Shown piece by piece: positions 9,801-19,598 of a DNA stretch of 64,000 nucleotides. Within the stretch, counting starts at the first letter, position 1, and each line of letters begins with the position of its first letter. The translations under genes and the position numbers were made by a program. Location of the stretch: assembly GCA_965208325.1 (NCBI GenBank), contig OZ242326.1:2272001-2336000 (forward strand), in the 5' to 3' direction. The notes beneath the pieces are model-generated. The model was not told the origin of the DNA and did not search any database. It was given only the letters and a program-made list of their open reading frames with translations. The DNA comes from Candidatus Poribacteria bacterium. GTDB lineage: Bacteria; Poribacteria; WGA-4E; PCPOR2b.

Positions 9801-12800
9801 GTCTGGAGTCCGCCCTTACGGGATTTAACCTCAATCAAACGTTGCTGTGCTTGTTCTCTTGCCCATTTATCTGCCGACAAGTCGTTCACAATTTCCGTGA
9901 ACGTCGCTTCCGCGTCATCCCACATCTCGTGTTGCATATATAGTGTGGCGATTTCCTGTTTCTCCCAGTACCCACCACTGCCGCCATACATCATCAAACG
10001 CATCATTCCCATCTTTCGGAATGCGCCCTTTGCCTGCTCTTTCTCGCCCTTCTGAGCGTAGACTGCACCGAGTTTTCGGTAAATGTCAGATAGCTGCCAG
10101 AATCGCTGCGGATCAAGTTTTTTAGCGGCGGCTTCAAGCATCCGGAGTTCACGGTTGCGGTCGCCCGCACCACGATAAGCGTCTGCTAAACCGCTCAGTC
10201 GTTGAGCGTTCACAGACACAACGTTATCGTCAATAAGTTGATTAACCAGCGGGTCTGACCCTTCAAGGTCATTCGCCGCAATTTTCATCGACGCAACCAG
10301 ATAGAGCAGCGACGAGTCTCCCGGCTCCTCAGCGAGTTTAGCTTCATATTCCGCTAACAGTATCTCTATGTTACCTGATGACTTATAGAGTTCGGTCAGC
10401 TTGGATACAATCCCCACTTGTATTTGGGGATTCTGCGAGATTGTTGCCGACTCCGTATCTAACTTTTCGCGTAAAAACTCGATTGCTTTCTCTCGTTCAC
10501 CCGCAGCCGCATAGGCTGATGCTAGGTTTGCATAGGTGTTATGCCCATCAGGGAGAACCTCATGAATCTTTTCGTAGATTTGGACCGCAGCTTGCGCATT
10601 GTTATTCTCGATACACCGATCTGCCACGTTTTGGGCAAAATGGTTCACGTAAGTTCGCCCAACAGATGGCGCAATCATATCCTTAACGATGGAAACCAAT
10701 TCATCGACTTTACCCGCTTGGAAGAAGGTTTCCATCAACTCCCAATAGTTGTAACCGAGCGCATTCGGATTTTGCTTTAGAAGGGCAACGTATTGAACTA
10801 CTGCATCTGCCGCGTTACCGCTGCGCTGTAACATCTGGGCGTACCGCTGTCGGGTCATGCTGTCTTTTGGACGGAGGGCGAGCGCCGCATCGAATGCCGC
10901 CGAGGCTTTCTTGACCTGGTTTGTGCTTTCGTAATACGATGCCAACCGCACTTGTGCTTGGAACGAATTCGGGTTCTTTTCAGTGGCTTCGACCAACTGA
11001 GGTTCGCGTTCACGTACGGTTCTGGATCGACTCACTAGATGCGCAGCCTGCTGGAAACCCCACGAGTGCAGGGTCTGGCCATAGCGGTCGCGTTGACTTG
11101 CGAACCGCAATGCGCGTTCAGCTATGAGCGTAGCATCCTGTCCCCGGCCGAGGTCCTCCAAGTGCGAACTCAACTCCATCAAGAAATTTGGGTCGCGTTG
11201 CCCCATCGCCAATGTCACCACCTTCTTGGCGACAGCGATGGCGTATTGCGTTAAACCCGCCTGCTGGAGAGTCTGTGAAAACTGATAAAGCTCGCGGACC
11301 CCAACCGGCGAATTCAATACTTTCGTCATCAACTCCCGAACCTTCACAGTGTTGCCGGTGTGAGCGGCAAGCTGAAGGGAAAGGTCATAATACTGTCTCC
11401 GATTTCGTGGGTCAAGCCCGGCAAGCTCGTCGAGTAATTCTAATGCAGTTGCATGCAATCCCGTCTGAATTGAGACAAATACCGTGTTAACCTTGAGCGT
11501 GAGATCACGAGGGAAATCGTTTTGTAATGCGGACAGAATTTCCTGTGCTTCGTCTCGTTTACCGCCCCACCAATAGCAGTAACTTAACGCTAAACCGGGA
11601 AAGATACGGTCCCTGCCTTCAGCGTCTTCCAACTTATCCTGGAGTGTTGTGGTCAGCGCTTCCTGTTGATTTCTCGTCCAAAACTGGCTGAATACCTGTT
11701 GGAGATACTGCAAACGGGATTGATCATAGTAAATTGTGGGCGATGGATAGTTGGATTGAATGGGCGTATGTCCGCCGTAGGAATGTGACGAGTATGCTAG
11801 TGTTGCAACCTTTCGGGGATTTGTGGAATTCGGTTTGGTCCTGTCAAAAAATGTCCAGTAGAGTTCAATACTTTTGTCGGTGTGCCCTTCGCGGACATAT
11901 GCAGCTGCGAGAGACTGGTAGATACTCACATACCGCCACCATTGCTGCTGCGCGAATGAAGTCATCCCCGTTACAGTCGGGGAACCCGCCGGAGTCAACG
12001 GAATCTGTAGTTGGGCGAGAAGACGTTCCGCCGCTTCAATTCTTCCCATTTGGGTGAGCATCGTGACAAGTGCCGAAACCGTGTTTAAATCCGTCACGTT
12101 TGCAGTTTCAAGATTGTCTACTATTTCCGCGGCATCTGCCTGCCGGCCTTGATTGTAGAGCACCCCAACGTAACTTGCAGTGAACCAAAGCCGTGCTTCG
12201 GATGTCAATCCCACCATTTCTTCTAGACGTTGTTTGAACGTGTCAGGATCGAGGTTTTGCTGCATTGATTGAGTCAAACGCATCGCTTGGTACGCCAAAT
12301 CATTGGGGGAGGCAGCAATCAGCCGTTCCGTGACTTCAGCGACTTTATCGGTGTTTTGGAGGATTGTGTAGAGTTGCGCTAATCTTTCGAGGGCATTTAT
12401 GTCCTTAGGATTAGCCGCTGCCTCGGCTTCAAATTGCTGGGTGAGTTCACTCAGTTTACCGCGCTGCTGGGCAATTGTAGTCAGTTGCACGAAAGCGCCT
12501 GCTTGGGCTTCTTCAAAGCTGTTCGGCATCCACGGTGTCCCGCTTCCGCCGCCATACGGCTGTTGCTGTATCTGCCAAACGAGACGTTGAGCGAGGCTGA
12601 ATCGGTTGATGTTGATACCGGGAGGCCCGTAAGTTGGTGCAGGCGGACTTGCTTTAATAGCCTGAGCTACATTTTTCGGTGGTTTCGGCATCTCTAGAAT
12701 CCGCAAGAAATGCGGTCGCGCGAGGTCCAACTCGTTCATTTCAACCAAAGCCGCTCCGACCTGATAAACCGATTTTGCATCTTGCACCTTTTCGCCCGCT

Positions 12801-12952
12801 CGGTTGAGAGCCAATAGCGCTTCATCAAGAAGACCGTGCCGAATTAACAACGCCGCCAGTTTGATTTCTGCTTCAAGCGTTTGATTTCGCGAGTGCAGCA
12901 GCTTGGTCCACGCCTGAATCGCCTCCTGTTCCCGACCCAGATCGAACAACAA
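6872..12952 (-). CDS. Giant TPR protein, C-terminal part, ending in a TlpA/AhpC-TSA thioredoxin-like domain (CPPS)
   Basis: Many TPR-like repeats. C-terminus GKPAPSIDL...VVLLNFWAAWCPPS...LPATFLIDRNG. Continues the upstream ORF across a frameshift at ~12955. Confidence 0.85.
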   Translation of the reverse strand: MLFDLGREQEAIQAWTKLLHSRNQTLEAEIKLAALLIRHGLLDEALLALNRAGEKVQDAKSVYQVGAALVEMNELDLARPHFLRILEMPKPPKNVAQAIKASPPAPTYGPPGININRFSLAQRLVWQIQQQPYGGGSGTPWMPNSFEEAQAGAFVQLTTIAQQRGKLSELTQQFEAEAAANPKDINALERLAQLYTILQNTDKVAEVTERLIAASPNDLAYQAMRLTQSMQQNLDPDTFKQRLEEMVGLTSEARLWFTASYVGVLYNQGRQADAAEIVDNLETANVTDLNTVSALVTMLTQMGRIEAAERLLAQLQIPLTPAGSPTVTGMTSFAQQQWWRYVSIYQSLAAAYVREGHTDKSIELYWTFFDRTKPNSTNPRKVATLAYSSHSYGGHTPIQSNYPSPTIYYDQSRLQYLQQVFSQFWTRNQQEALTTTLQDKLEDAEGRDRIFPGLALSYCYWWGGKRDEAQEILSALQNDFPRDLTLKVNTVFVSIQTGLHATALELLDELAGLDPRNRRQYYDLSLQLAAHTGNTVKVRELMTKVLNSPVGVRELYQFSQTLQQAGLTQYAIAVAKKVVTLAMGQRDPNFLMELSSHLEDLGRGQDATLIAERALRFASQRDRYGQTLHSWGFQQAAHLVSRSRTVREREPQLVEATEKNPNSFQAQVRLASYYESTNQVKKASAAFDAALALRPKDSMTRQRYAQMLQRSGNAADAVVQYVALLKQNPNALGYNYWELMETFFQAGKVDELVSIVKDMIAPSVGRTYVNHFAQNVADRCIENNNAQAAVQIYEKIHEVLPDGHNTYANLASAYAAAGEREKAIEFLREKLDTESATISQNPQIQVGIVSKLTELYKSSGNIEILLAEYEAKLAEEPGDSSLLYLVASMKIAANDLEGSDPLVNQLIDDNVVSVNAQRLSGLADAYRGAGDRNRELRMLEAAAKKLDPQRFWQLSDIYRKLGAVYAQKGEKEQAKGAFRKMGMMRLMMYGGSGGYWEKQEIATLYMQHEMWDDAEATFTEIVNDLSADKWAREQAQQRLIEVKSRKGGLQTTTRLPEKLEEMAGANLGMQRMLAQQYMQQNELSKAVEIYEQIAQVMPEDFESRAQLANIYTRQNNHDKAIGTWQGLLEADPENTKYQDGIVNSLREAGRFPEALDLAQKYIEGEADSGIHYIRLARVYAAENHIDDAIESFNKAIEFGPGDGQAYRELAQLYLRKNDLDSAEKAFDDAIQYTGQEWERRDIERQLLDIYRRQGKLEEMLQKAEEEGTLTLEMQQERARRYQQDGKLEEAVDAFKKALDMTSQSWERNQLSNELVQIYVQLGEHDLAVELYEMLSRSGSSSMSISHSSSGFKVNFAGDEARETLINAYRSQGKLEQLNTRFEKRLETEPENPAVVEMLAEIHRNTKDHNQAAELYQTLCKIQPGNVRSYYYAAAAFNKDGQLDMAKELLNQGEVALSGSNRNQDMWFLATVGSICLDGEMYTPAIKLVEDAIAAISWYSPWESERLYGMLGQSYLGAKRYEEAVNAYQQMANVAQDDSGRKTAEAAMRRAYRDGNLYEDLIAERTQAVVDNPDDPDTHFALAQTYEWNDKPGEAIASYELARGLNPDSAVILAPLAVLYEGVDREKAIPLYKRLIELEESPLERVQRRRSLVDLYTRSGEHDAAITEMLSAVRSSEDEVERGALLPSMWNLYSTHGRRAEGIATLEALKAQLADSPAFHEILGDAYKEVADPEKAEAAYTQWVDLRQKELNRRGRGGWGYFQLVSELLTKRVLPKKVLELAERALQLEPSPNSRTILGQAYLFNGQPGKVKELIQSEATPKVRHGLVMLLANHYERLGEIDADVESMLRTDALHATTPTDQEAALRGLWELYESASRSSQVGVVVGKPAPSIDLNKLNGEEISISDFSGEVVLLNFWAAWCPPSVRGIPQFQALHEQYNAHGLVVLGISLDEKGEGDMKSFVAKFGVTYPNLIADQDAAAQFDGLDSLPATFLIDRNGTIVKHYAGYTDQSVFQEDIKTALAESRN

Positions 12953-15534
12953 GTCCCCAAACGCTGCTGGTGGAATGGATCGGGTTCCACCTTGACCAAC
13001 CGCTGCAGATAGGTCAGCGCATCCTGCGTATCGCCTAGATTGCGGCTGATTTCGACCAGTTGCGCCAGAAGATTCGAATCATCGCGCTCCCGGTCTAAAG
13101 CCTGCGCCAATTGGAATCGCGCACCCAGTAGGTCACCTTCAATCTGATAGAACTCAGCCAACGCCAAGACCGGGCCAATATCGGACGGATTCGCTTTTGA
13201 CATCTGCTTCAACTTGTCTTCAAACTCATCGGCCCGCCCCAAGTCGTAGTATGCGTCGGATAGCGGTTTAACGAAGGTGAGCTTGTCGTCCACACTTTCC
13301 CCCAACTCCCAGCAGCGCCAGTATTGTTCGATTGCCTGACGAACATTCCCCGATAGTTTGTAAATTTCTGCAAGCTCCTCCCTGATGTCGGTGTCTTCTG
13401 GACGAAGGCGGATTGCCTGCTTGAGACTGTCGGAGGAGGTTTCATAGTTCCCAATCTGTTTTGCAATTTCCGCCAACATTTGATGTCCTTCTGGGTTGCG
13501 CGGACTGTGCGCGACCGTTTGCTTCGCCGCCGCTGTCGCCGCATCAAAATCCATCGCGTCCAAATGGGAACGCGCAATTTTCGCATAATGTTCCCGTGAG
13601 TTCGCGCTGTCAATCTGAACGAGGTGTTCAAAAATGGCGACCGCTTCGTGGCGCAGGCCTTGCTGGACATAGATGTCGGCAAGCCAACGGGTGATCTGCA
13701 CATCATCTGGCTTGAGTTCTTTCGCCCGAATAAGAGTTTCAAGCGCATTGGTCAAGTTCCCCAATTTTAAATACATCTTGGCAAGTTGTTTCCGCTGGTC
13801 GAAAGATTCGGGTTCTGCTTCCAGTTCGTCAATTTTCCCCGCAAGCGTTCCCTGCTGCCGAAAGATTTCAATCCGTTGGTCTCCCATCTGCTCCGCAAAG
13901 AATTCGTTTGGTGCAAGTTTCGTCGCTTCAACATATTCAGTTAATGCCTCTTCGTAATCCTTGTTTTCCATCAATCGCCGCGCGAATGCCTCACGATATC
14001 GGTATTCTTCGGGCGCTAACTCCACGGCTTTTCGGCTCGCGCTAATCGCGTCGGTTTGAAAGTCCTTCGCATCAAGCAACTGTGCAAGCCTATCATAATT
14101 CTCAGCCATTGCACGCTCTCCGTCAACCATCCGATTCCACGTTGCCGCAGCCTTCTGGCGGGAACCCTGACGGAAGTAGAATTCGCCAAAATATTCGATG
14201 TAATCGAGATTGTCCGGCGCAAGCGAAATCGCCTTTTCATATGCCGCAATTGCATCGTCCAGCCAATCATGACCCGCGTAAATCTCTGCGAGAATAAGAT
14301 GCGTCCCAGCGTTCTCAGGATCTCGGTCTATCATCCGCTGGTACGCACCCTTCGCCCGTACTTTGTCCTCAAGCTGCAGATACAACTCTCCAAGTTCCCG
14401 GTAAATGCCAAAACCGTCAGGCTGTTCTTCACTGAGGATTTCATACTCCGCCGCCGCATCTTCAAATCTTTCAGCGGTGCGAAATGCGGCGATTAGGTTT
14501 AGGCGTAATCCAGCGTCCGTCGGGGCGAGTTCCAATGCCTTTCGATATGAATCAATTCCGTCGTCAAGTTGTTGATTCTCAATATACGCTGAAGCCAGTA
14601 GGCCGATGAGTTCTGGGGCATTCGGCGTCCCGCTGAGTTTGTCTTGATAGTACGCGATTAATCCTTCCCAATCCCCGTCGGCAGCGTAGATGCCGATGAT
14701 ACGATGCTGAAGGTCTTTCCGCAGCCAATTGCCCTGTCCCGTCAATGCAAGCGCAGCGTCATAACGTTGGATGGCGCCAGCATAGTCCCCCTGCTCTTCC
14801 TGTATCTTCCCAATTTCCCGACGACTCAGACACACGCGGTAAGGGTCATCGGATTTGAGCTGAATTATCGCTTCGTGTTGTTTAATGGCTTGGCCATAGA
14901 ATTCTTGTTCGCGGAACAGGTCGGCGAGTTCGATGCGGGCGAAGATGTTCTCCGGTTCAAGTTCAGAGATTTTCCCCCACGCCAAAATCGCTTCGTCCAC
15001 ACGGTCTCTGCTGAAATAGGCGCGGCCAAGGGTTTTATAGAGTGCAGTCAGGTCATCAAGCGTAGCAGACTTGGTTTCAATTGCGTATTCAGCCGATTGC
15101 GTCAATGCGGCAATTGCCTTCTCGTATTGGCGCAGCGCGGCATACGTTTGTCCAAGCGCAAAGTGGGGATAGTAGTTTTTCGGGGCAAGTTCAACAGCGC
15201 GTTGATACGCTGATACGGCCTCATTGTCCTTACCGAGCCGTTTGTAGATGTGTCCTAGAATCAACTGAAGGTTGGGGTTGTTCGGGTTGGCTAGTGCTGC
15301 TGTTTGATAATCGGCGGCCATGGCGTCCAAGCCGGCGCCTTCGAGGTAGAATTGGTACAAGCGGTCGAAGGTGCTTCCCGCTTTCGGCTTACGCTCAAGC
15401 ATCTGCTTGTAGCGGGCAATGACTTTGTCGCCGTTAGTCTCATCTTGGGCAATGGTGAGTGATGAGGGAAACAAGATGCAGCAGACGAGATACAATATGC
15501 AAGGGACACTACGGCAAAATCTTGGGACAAACAT
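12844..15534 (-). CDS. Giant TPR protein, N-terminal part (signal peptide + TPRs), frameshifted relative to 6872..12952
   Basis: Signal peptide, AGGAGG RBS and TPR repeats. TPR sense is lost after HQQRLG and resumes in the next frame (DLLFDLGREQEA). Confidence 0.85.
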   Translation of the reverse strand: MFVPRFCRSVPCILYLVCCILFPSSLTIAQDETNGDKVIARYKQMLERKPKAGSTFDRLYQFYLEGAGLDAMAADYQTAALANPNNPNLQLILGHIYKRLGKDNEAVSAYQRAVELAPKNYYPHFALGQTYAALRQYEKAIAALTQSAEYAIETKSATLDDLTALYKTLGRAYFSRDRVDEAILAWGKISELEPENIFARIELADLFREQEFYGQAIKQHEAIIQLKSDDPYRVCLSRREIGKIQEEQGDYAGAIQRYDAALALTGQGNWLRKDLQHRIIGIYAADGDWEGLIAYYQDKLSGTPNAPELIGLLASAYIENQQLDDGIDSYRKALELAPTDAGLRLNLIAAFRTAERFEDAAAEYEILSEEQPDGFGIYRELGELYLQLEDKVRAKGAYQRMIDRDPENAGTHLILAEIYAGHDWLDDAIAAYEKAISLAPDNLDYIEYFGEFYFRQGSRQKAAATWNRMVDGERAMAENYDRLAQLLDAKDFQTDAISASRKAVELAPEEYRYREAFARRLMENKDYEEALTEYVEATKLAPNEFFAEQMGDQRIEIFRQQGTLAGKIDELEAEPESFDQRKQLAKMYLKLGNLTNALETLIRAKELKPDDVQITRWLADIYVQQGLRHEAVAIFEHLVQIDSANSREHYAKIARSHLDAMDFDAATAAAKQTVAHSPRNPEGHQMLAEIAKQIGNYETSSDSLKQAIRLRPEDTDIREELAEIYKLSGNVRQAIEQYWRCWELGESVDDKLTFVKPLSDAYYDLGRADEFEDKLKQMSKANPSDIGPVLALAEFYQIEGDLLGARFQLAQALDRERDDSNLLAQLVEISRNLGDTQDALTYLQRLVKVEPDPFHQQRLGTCCSIWVGNRRRFRRGPSCCTREIKRLKQKSNWRRC

Positions 15535-15762
15535 GAAGAATCCTCCTTGAGAGCGTGGACACGATTGGAAGGCGGCACAAAACGCCTTAAAGTGTTAAGA
15601 CGTGAAATTAGAAAGTTGCGTTTAATTGGCTAAGTTGTTTCCCAAACGTCAAACCCTCAAACATAGCCGCCGTGTGTGATGCGCTCGACCGAATAAATGT
15701 GGCTTGTCTCTTTCGCAGAATTCTGCCTGGACTGTTGCCAAATTGATCCGGTGGGTATGGAA

Positions 15763-17625
15763 TCATCGCGTTGCCTGTTCCATAATGTCCGTCATCCGGG
15801 CGACAAAGTCAGTCGGAGTTTCCATATTTCCATCAATTAATAACGCTCCTTCATATAGTTGCAGGGCGCAGCTTTTGAGAATTGCCTCGTCGCTTTTGCT
15901 CCGGTGGAGCTGCGCCAAATTTTTAATCAACGGATGCGTGGGGTTAATCTCCAAGATTTTCTTGGATTCGCCAATCTGCCCGCCCATCATTTTCATCATC
16001 CGTTCCATCTGCCTGTCCATACCGCTCGCGCCAACAACCAGGGTCGCCGCCGAATCAACCAGCCTTTTAGAAGCAACAACATCCTCCACCTTGTCGCCAA
16101 GCTGTTCATTGAAAAAAGAAATCAGCGATTTTATATCTTCTTCAGACAGAGTATCGTTAGGGCTATCCTCGTCAGGTTTAAAATCTATGTCCGCCTTTTC
16201 GATGCTCTTCAGCGGCTTACCGTCATACTCGTGAAGATGCGGGATGTTGAAGACATCGCCTGCATCAACGAAAAACAGTACTTCGATGTCCTTTTTTCTA
16301 AAGTATTCCAAACTAGGGTTTCGTTCAACCGCATCTCTGTTGTCGCCTGAAAGGTAATAAATCTCCGTCTGATCCTCCGGCATACCGTCAACATATTCCT
16401 TTAAAGAAGTGAACTTCCCTTTTTCGGCCTTGGAGGATTCGAACCGTAAGAGATTTATCAATCGGTCTCTATTGGCGAAATCCGAACCTGCTCCTGTTTT
16501 AAAGAGCAGTCCAAAGTTCTTAAAAAACTTCTCATATTTCTCCGATTCATTTTCTGCCCAGTCTTCCAACAGCGAAAGAATCCTACCCGTTATCACGTCC
16601 TTAATTTTCGCCATGACCGGACTGGACTGTGTCACCTCGCGGGACACATTTAAGGGTAAATCTTCCGTATCAACAACACCCGACACAAAATGGAGGTATT
16701 CAGGAAGCAATTCTTTACAATCGTCTTGGATAAAGATTCTACTGGAATACAAATGCAGCGACCTCAAGTCTTCCACTCTAAAATAGTTAAGCGGCGGCGT
16801 GTCAGGAAAAAAAATTAATGCTTTGAAATTTACACGTCCTTCAATTGATAGGTGCAGATAGCCAAGCGGCGGATTATAGTCGTTGGAAATGAACTTATAA
16901 AACTCAGTTCGTTCTTCTTCTGTTATTTCATTCTTGTTCTTATGCCATAACGCACTTATGGTATTCACTTCCTCCCCGCCGACATAGATGGGAAAGTCGG
17001 CAAAGTTGGAGTATTTCTTGATGACGCCTTTAACCCGATCGTCATCGCTAAAATCCTTAGCGTCGTCTTTCAATTTGAAGAATATTTTCGTCCCTCGCTC
17101 TTCGAGCGGGATTTCCTCAATGGTAAATTTGCCTTCGCCAGTAGATTCCCACTGGTACCCAATTGAGTCTGGATCGGCATGGCGAGTTTGAATCGTCACC
17201 TTATCCGTGACCATGAATACCGAATAAAAACCGATGCCAAACTCACCTATCAGATTGCCGTCGAACGGCTTGTTCTCGGTCTTCAATCTCTGAAAAAACT
17301 CTAACGTTCCTGAACTTGCTACTGTGCCGATTCTGTCAATTAAATCAGACTTTGTCATACCGACGCCCGAATCCGTAATGGAAAACGTCTGTTCCTCGGC
17401 GTCAAGCGCAATGTTAATCCGCAGCGGAACGTCAGGGTTCAAAATATTGCGGTCCGTCAACTGTTGGAAACGAACTTTGTTCAAGGCATCGGAAGCGTTG
17501 GAAATTAGCTCGCGAAGAAATACTTCGGGATGCGTGTAAAGTGAGTGTACAATGAGATGAAGGAGCTGTTTCATCTCAGCCTTATATTCAAACTCTTGGG
17601 AATGTTCAGTGTCAATGTTAGACAT
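15763..17625 (-). CDS. htpG: Molecular chaperone HtpG (Hsp90)
   Basis: VFLRELISNASDAL, DSGVGMT, IGEFGIGFYS, DLPLNVSRE, LEINPTHPLI. Confidence 0.97.
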   Translation of the reverse strand: MSNIDTEHSQEFEYKAEMKQLLHLIVHSLYTHPEVFLRELISNASDALNKVRFQQLTDRNILNPDVPLRINIALDAEEQTFSITDSGVGMTKSDLIDRIGTVASSGTLEFFQRLKTENKPFDGNLIGEFGIGFYSVFMVTDKVTIQTRHADPDSIGYQWESTGEGKFTIEEIPLEERGTKIFFKLKDDAKDFSDDDRVKGVIKKYSNFADFPIYVGGEEVNTISALWHKNKNEITEEERTEFYKFISNDYNPPLGYLHLSIEGRVNFKALIFFPDTPPLNYFRVEDLRSLHLYSSRIFIQDDCKELLPEYLHFVSGVVDTEDLPLNVSREVTQSSPVMAKIKDVITGRILSLLEDWAENESEKYEKFFKNFGLLFKTGAGSDFANRDRLINLLRFESSKAEKGKFTSLKEYVDGMPEDQTEIYYLSGDNRDAVERNPSLEYFRKKDIEVLFFVDAGDVFNIPHLHEYDGKPLKSIEKADIDFKPDEDSPNDTLSEEDIKSLISFFNEQLGDKVEDVVASKRLVDSAATLVVGASGMDRQMERMMKMMGGQIGESKKILEINPTHPLIKNLAQLHRSKSDEAILKSCALQLYEGALLIDGNMETPTDFVARMTDIMEQATR

Positions 17626-17802
17626 GATTCTAAATTCTCCTCTTAATTAGGCAAACCTCGCCGAAATCTCCCTTAAATTATTGCTGTGACATGATGTGTT
17701 GAATCTTTAAATCGTGCTGTATGGAACGGGAAACCAAGATTTAACCTACATTTTTATCCTTGTCCTAATAGCTGGAAGTCCGGATTTAATTTTGTTTGGC
17801 CC

Positions 17803-18642
17803 TCAGAACCGCAATTCGCCTGTGATGAAGTCTGACGCGAAATGACTTTCATAAATACGCGCGTAGTCAACCTTTAAAATCTTCCAATCGAACCCAATAC
17901 CGACGGTCCAATCCTGGTCTGACAATCCTGCCCGCACGCGTAGAAATGAAACCACTTTACATTCAACCCCAAGGTAGAATTCCGCTCGGCGAAGAGGCAG
18001 CCCCGGCAGTGCAGTATCCCAAGCGAACAACACAGCCCGCCAGCGATATGCTACTCCGAGCGTTAACCATTGAATGCCGGACCGGTTGGGCAAATTTTGT
18101 GCGAGGAGTCCAAATGTCAGATTGGTGTAGGGTTTAATTAGCAGGGCAACATCGTAGGAGGGGTGGCTGCCGAAGAATTGATAACGTCGACTTGGGTGTT
18201 TGCGTTTGAATTTTATACTAGTGCCAACTGCACCGTAGGCAGTAAATTGACGGGCAAATGCGTAGTAGTTAAAATCGGGCGTTCCCGACTCAACTCCCAA
18301 TGCAATCTTATTCCCCCAGAACAACCCATACCCGCGATAGGTGTAGCCAATTCCTTTTGGATCAAAGGCATAGTCGTTTCGGTCGTTAAATTTGTTGGCA
18401 CCGAAAATTTTTACGCCTTGGCCTTGAATCAATCCCGCGGGATTCCAGAAACCCGCTGTTGCGCCGTCAGCGATTGCCGTGAAGGCGTTACCCATACCCA
18501 ATGCTCTCGCACCGACGTACAACGGACGCGCGGTTTCAAACGGAAAATTCGCCAAGGCTCTAGGTATGCAAATAAATAACACCACGACGGTCGCCGATAC
18601 GTATCGCAACCAATCCGAGGTAAAGTATTTCCTTTTCCTCAA
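17803..18642 (-). CDS. PorV/PorQ-like (UPF0164/FadL-related) outer-membrane beta-barrel protein
   Basis: Signal peptide, GARALGMGNAFTAIAD..A.FWNPAGL motif, amphipathic beta-strands and terminal Phe. Confidence 0.75.
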   Translation of the reverse strand: MRKRKYFTSDWLRYVSATVVVLFICIPRALANFPFETARPLYVGARALGMGNAFTAIADGATAGFWNPAGLIQGQGVKIFGANKFNDRNDYAFDPKGIGYTYRGYGLFWGNKIALGVESGTPDFNYYAFARQFTAYGAVGTSIKFKRKHPSRRYQFFGSHPSYDVALLIKPYTNLTFGLLAQNLPNRSGIQWLTLGVAYRWRAVLFAWDTALPGLPLRRAEFYLGVECKVVSFLRVRAGLSDQDWTVGIGFDWKILKVDYARIYESHFASDFITGELRF

Positions 18643-18659
18643 TTCCCACTTGAGAATAC

Positions 18660-19598
18660 TTAGTCCTCAATTTTGAACCGATACGGAATAATTATACGAA
18701 TTGCGACCGGTTTACCGTCTTTTTGAGCTGGCGTAAATCGTGACCGTTTCAACGCCTCAATTGCTTCTTCATCGCAACCATAGCCTAAAGGTTCGAGAAC
18801 CTCAATATCGCTTGCTTTGCCGTCAGTTCCAATCGTGGCTTTTAACTTCACAACCCCTTCTTTTCCGGCATTCCGGGCACGTTCCGGGTATTTCGGCTTC
18901 GGTTTATGCAGGGCTTTAGGCGGAACGGTGTTTTCCGTTATGTCCACGACTGGCACTTCGACTGGGTCTTCTAGCTCAAGATCGGCACCGGGGATATCTG
19001 CCTCAAACTTGTCAAAAATTTCTGGTCTTTCTGCCCTCTTAGGGGCGATCGTCGGCATCTCAGGTGTAATGCTTGGGCGATTCCCAGCGGCTATTGGCGG
19101 TCTTTCAATCGTCGGTATTTCTGGGGGCGCCCCAGATGAGCCAATATCAACATTGTCTGAAGGAATAGTAATTCCACCACGGCCGGATGGAATATCCACC
19201 GGCCTTACCGGCTGACGGGGTTGGATCGTCTCAACCCGCTGTATATCGGGTTCAGGTTTCTGGGCTACACGTTTGCGTAGACGCCGTTTTTCCGGGGGAT
19301 CTTCCGCTTCATACATTGCAGCTACCACTGCATCATCATCGTTAATCGCCACATTTTTGGCAATGTGAAATGCGACAACCAACAGTATGAGCAAATGAAA
19401 AGCAAGAGATACCATCCACGCAAGAGATTTAGACGCGCGCGCACCCTTTCTCTTTCGCCGCTCTAAAATCGGCTCAACCACAGGAATTGGGCGATTACGT
19501 TCATGTTCTAGCGAATTCGACTTCAATTGAAATTCCTCGGTGTTTTCAACGTTACCGTTGGACATGGCTCGAAAATCTCCTCTCTGTTGCACGCTCAT
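18660..19598 (-). CDS. tonB: Energy transducer TonB family protein
   Basis: TM helix SLAFH, Pro-rich linker and TonB C-terminal domain PKYPERARNAGKEGVV...FTPAQKDGKPV. Confidence 0.9.
   Translation of the reverse strand: MSVQQRGDFRAMSNGNVENTEEFQLKSNSLEHERNRPIPVVEPILERRKRKGARASKSLAWMVSLAFHLLILLVVAFHIAKNVAINDDDAVVAAMYEAEDPPEKRRLRKRVAQKPEPDIQRVETIQPRQPVRPVDIPSGRGGITIPSDNVDIGSSGAPPEIPTIERPPIAAGNRPSITPEMPTIAPKRAERPEIFDKFEADIPGADLELEDPVEVPVVDITENTVPPKALHKPKPKYPERARNAGKEGVVKLKATIGTDGKASDIEVLEPLGYGCDEEAIEALKRSRFTPAQKDGKPVAIRIIIPYRFKIED

Noticed and set aside
17626..17802. CIRCE element upstream of htpG
   Set aside because: No TTAGCACTC-N9-GAGTGCTAA match seen.
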